This document shows positions 63,089-64,000 of a stretch of 64,000 nt of DNA, one piece after another. The DNA is from Minisyncoccota bacterium. GTDB taxonomy: Bacteria; Patescibacteriota; Minisyncoccia; Phycocordibacterales; UBA6065. The stretch's first letter is position 1; every line of letters starts with the position of its first letter. The DNA is taken from assembly GCA_035546035.1 (NCBI GenBank), contig DASZXC010000008.1:252265-316264 (forward strand), given 5' to 3'. The position numbers and the translations under genes are program-made. The notes beneath the pieces were generated by a model, which saw only the letters and a list, made by a program, of their open reading frames with translations, made no database searches and was not told the origin of the DNA.

Positions 63089-63847
63089 TTATACGGTCCG
63101 ATTATATTTTCCCGTAACGGTATTCCAGTAGATGAACATGAGCTCGACGCTCGAATCGATGTACGAGCGCAGTCCAACCTTGGATCCCGCAGGATTATCC
63201 CAGACCACGGGCATCTCTTTCACCGCATAGCCATGCTTCTGGGCGATGACGAGGAGCTCGATGTCGAAGCCGAACCGCTCGATCTTCTGCAGGGCGAAGA
63301 TTTCGTCCGCAGCGCGGGCGCTGAAGAGCTTGAAGCCGCGCTGGGTATCGGATACTCCCGATGCGGTCACGAGGCCCACGATCGCTTTCGTTATCTTGCC
63401 GAGCAGCCGGCGATGCCAGCCGTTATGCTCTATCGTCCGCGATCCTTCATGGGCGATCGAGCCGATCACGATATCGCAGCTTGACCCTCTCATGGCATCG
63501 AGGAATCGTTCGACGGCGCCGATCTTCACGGAATTGTCAGCATCCATGTAGAGCCTGTATGCGCCGCAGGCTTTTTCCATGCCAGTCTTCACGGCGTGGC
63601 CTTTGCCGCGGTTCTCGGCATGCTCGATCAGCCGCAGGCCGGGGAAGGATTCGGCGAATTCCTTCACTACGCGGCTCGTATCATCCCTCGATCCGTCGTC
63701 TACGACGATGATCTCATATCGAAGGCCCGCGGGCGCTGAAAAATATAAATAGCGCTTGATGCTGTCGAGCGTCGCGCCGATCCTCTTGGATTCATTATAG
63801 GCAGGGATAATAACCGACAGGTCGATGCCGTTTCTCATAGTGTTCAT
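63089..63847 (-). CDS. GT2 glycosyltransferase (dolichyl-phosphate glucosyltransferase-like)
   Basis: IIPAYNE, VDDGS, NRGKG, MDAD, DTQRGFK, FGFDIE. Confidence 0.93.
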   Translation of the reverse strand: MNTMRNGIDLSVIIPAYNESKRIGATLDSIKRYLYFSAPAGLRYEIIVVDDGSRDDTSRVVKEFAESFPGLRLIEHAENRGKGHAVKTGMEKACGAYRLYMDADNSVKIGAVERFLDAMRGSSCDIVIGSIAHEGSRTIEHNGWHRRLLGKITKAIVGLVTASGVSDTQRGFKLFSARAADEIFALQKIERFGFDIELLVIAQKHGYAVKEMPVVWDNPAGSKVGLRSYIDSSVELMFIYWNTVTGKYNRTV

Positions 63848-63878
63848 GTTTTTATCGCTAAGCAGTAAGCCTCTGCGT

Positions 63879-64000
63879 TTATTCGGGCCGTTCCCTGAAG
63901 ACGAAGGTCTTATATCCGATGAAGTTCCACGCGAGGACCAGCAGGGTCCCGCATATCGCGCCCATGTTCGCCGCTACTCTGGAGTCCAAAGGCGAAGAGA
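63879..64000 (-). CDS. GtrA family protein, C-terminal fragment running off the window
   Basis: Translated by hand: ...AANMGAICGTLLVLAWNFIGYKTFVFRERPE*; upstream of the GT2. Confidence 0.8.
   Translation of the reverse strand, partial: SSPLDSRVAANMGAICGTLLVLAWNFIGYKTFVFRERPE

Overview
Gene-dense 64-kb chromosomal window. Gene content and style point to a Patescibacteria/CPR (Parcubacteria-like) genome, which is an inference: shortened RF2, GYAWSE-repeat and Gmad2 proteins, many small membrane orphans, standard code. It holds 6 tRNAs, housekeeping genes (nfi, prfB, ftsEX, DEAD helicase, lexA, radC, rnj, secG, lemA), two ECF sigma/anti-sigma modules, a MacAB-type efflux operon, an ApbE/FMN-binding pair, an AT-rich restriction-modification island and two large repetitive surface proteins. 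The lead finding is a minus-strand cluster at 25.2-29.6 kb that looks like a ComQXPA-type peptide signalling/RiPP system. It runs OmpR-type regulator, 37-aa Trp peptide, 6-TM histidine kinase, then a fused class II terpene cyclase/ComQ-like prenyltransferase. One 11-bp-period repeat motif sits upstream of the peptide gene, the adjacent adhesin operon and an operon containing IPP isomerase (idi). The second finding is three perfect 29-31-bp hairpins that share a CCAGGCCCT loop but whose arms appear copied from local flanking DNA. All calls come from reading motifs by eye; no database searches were run.
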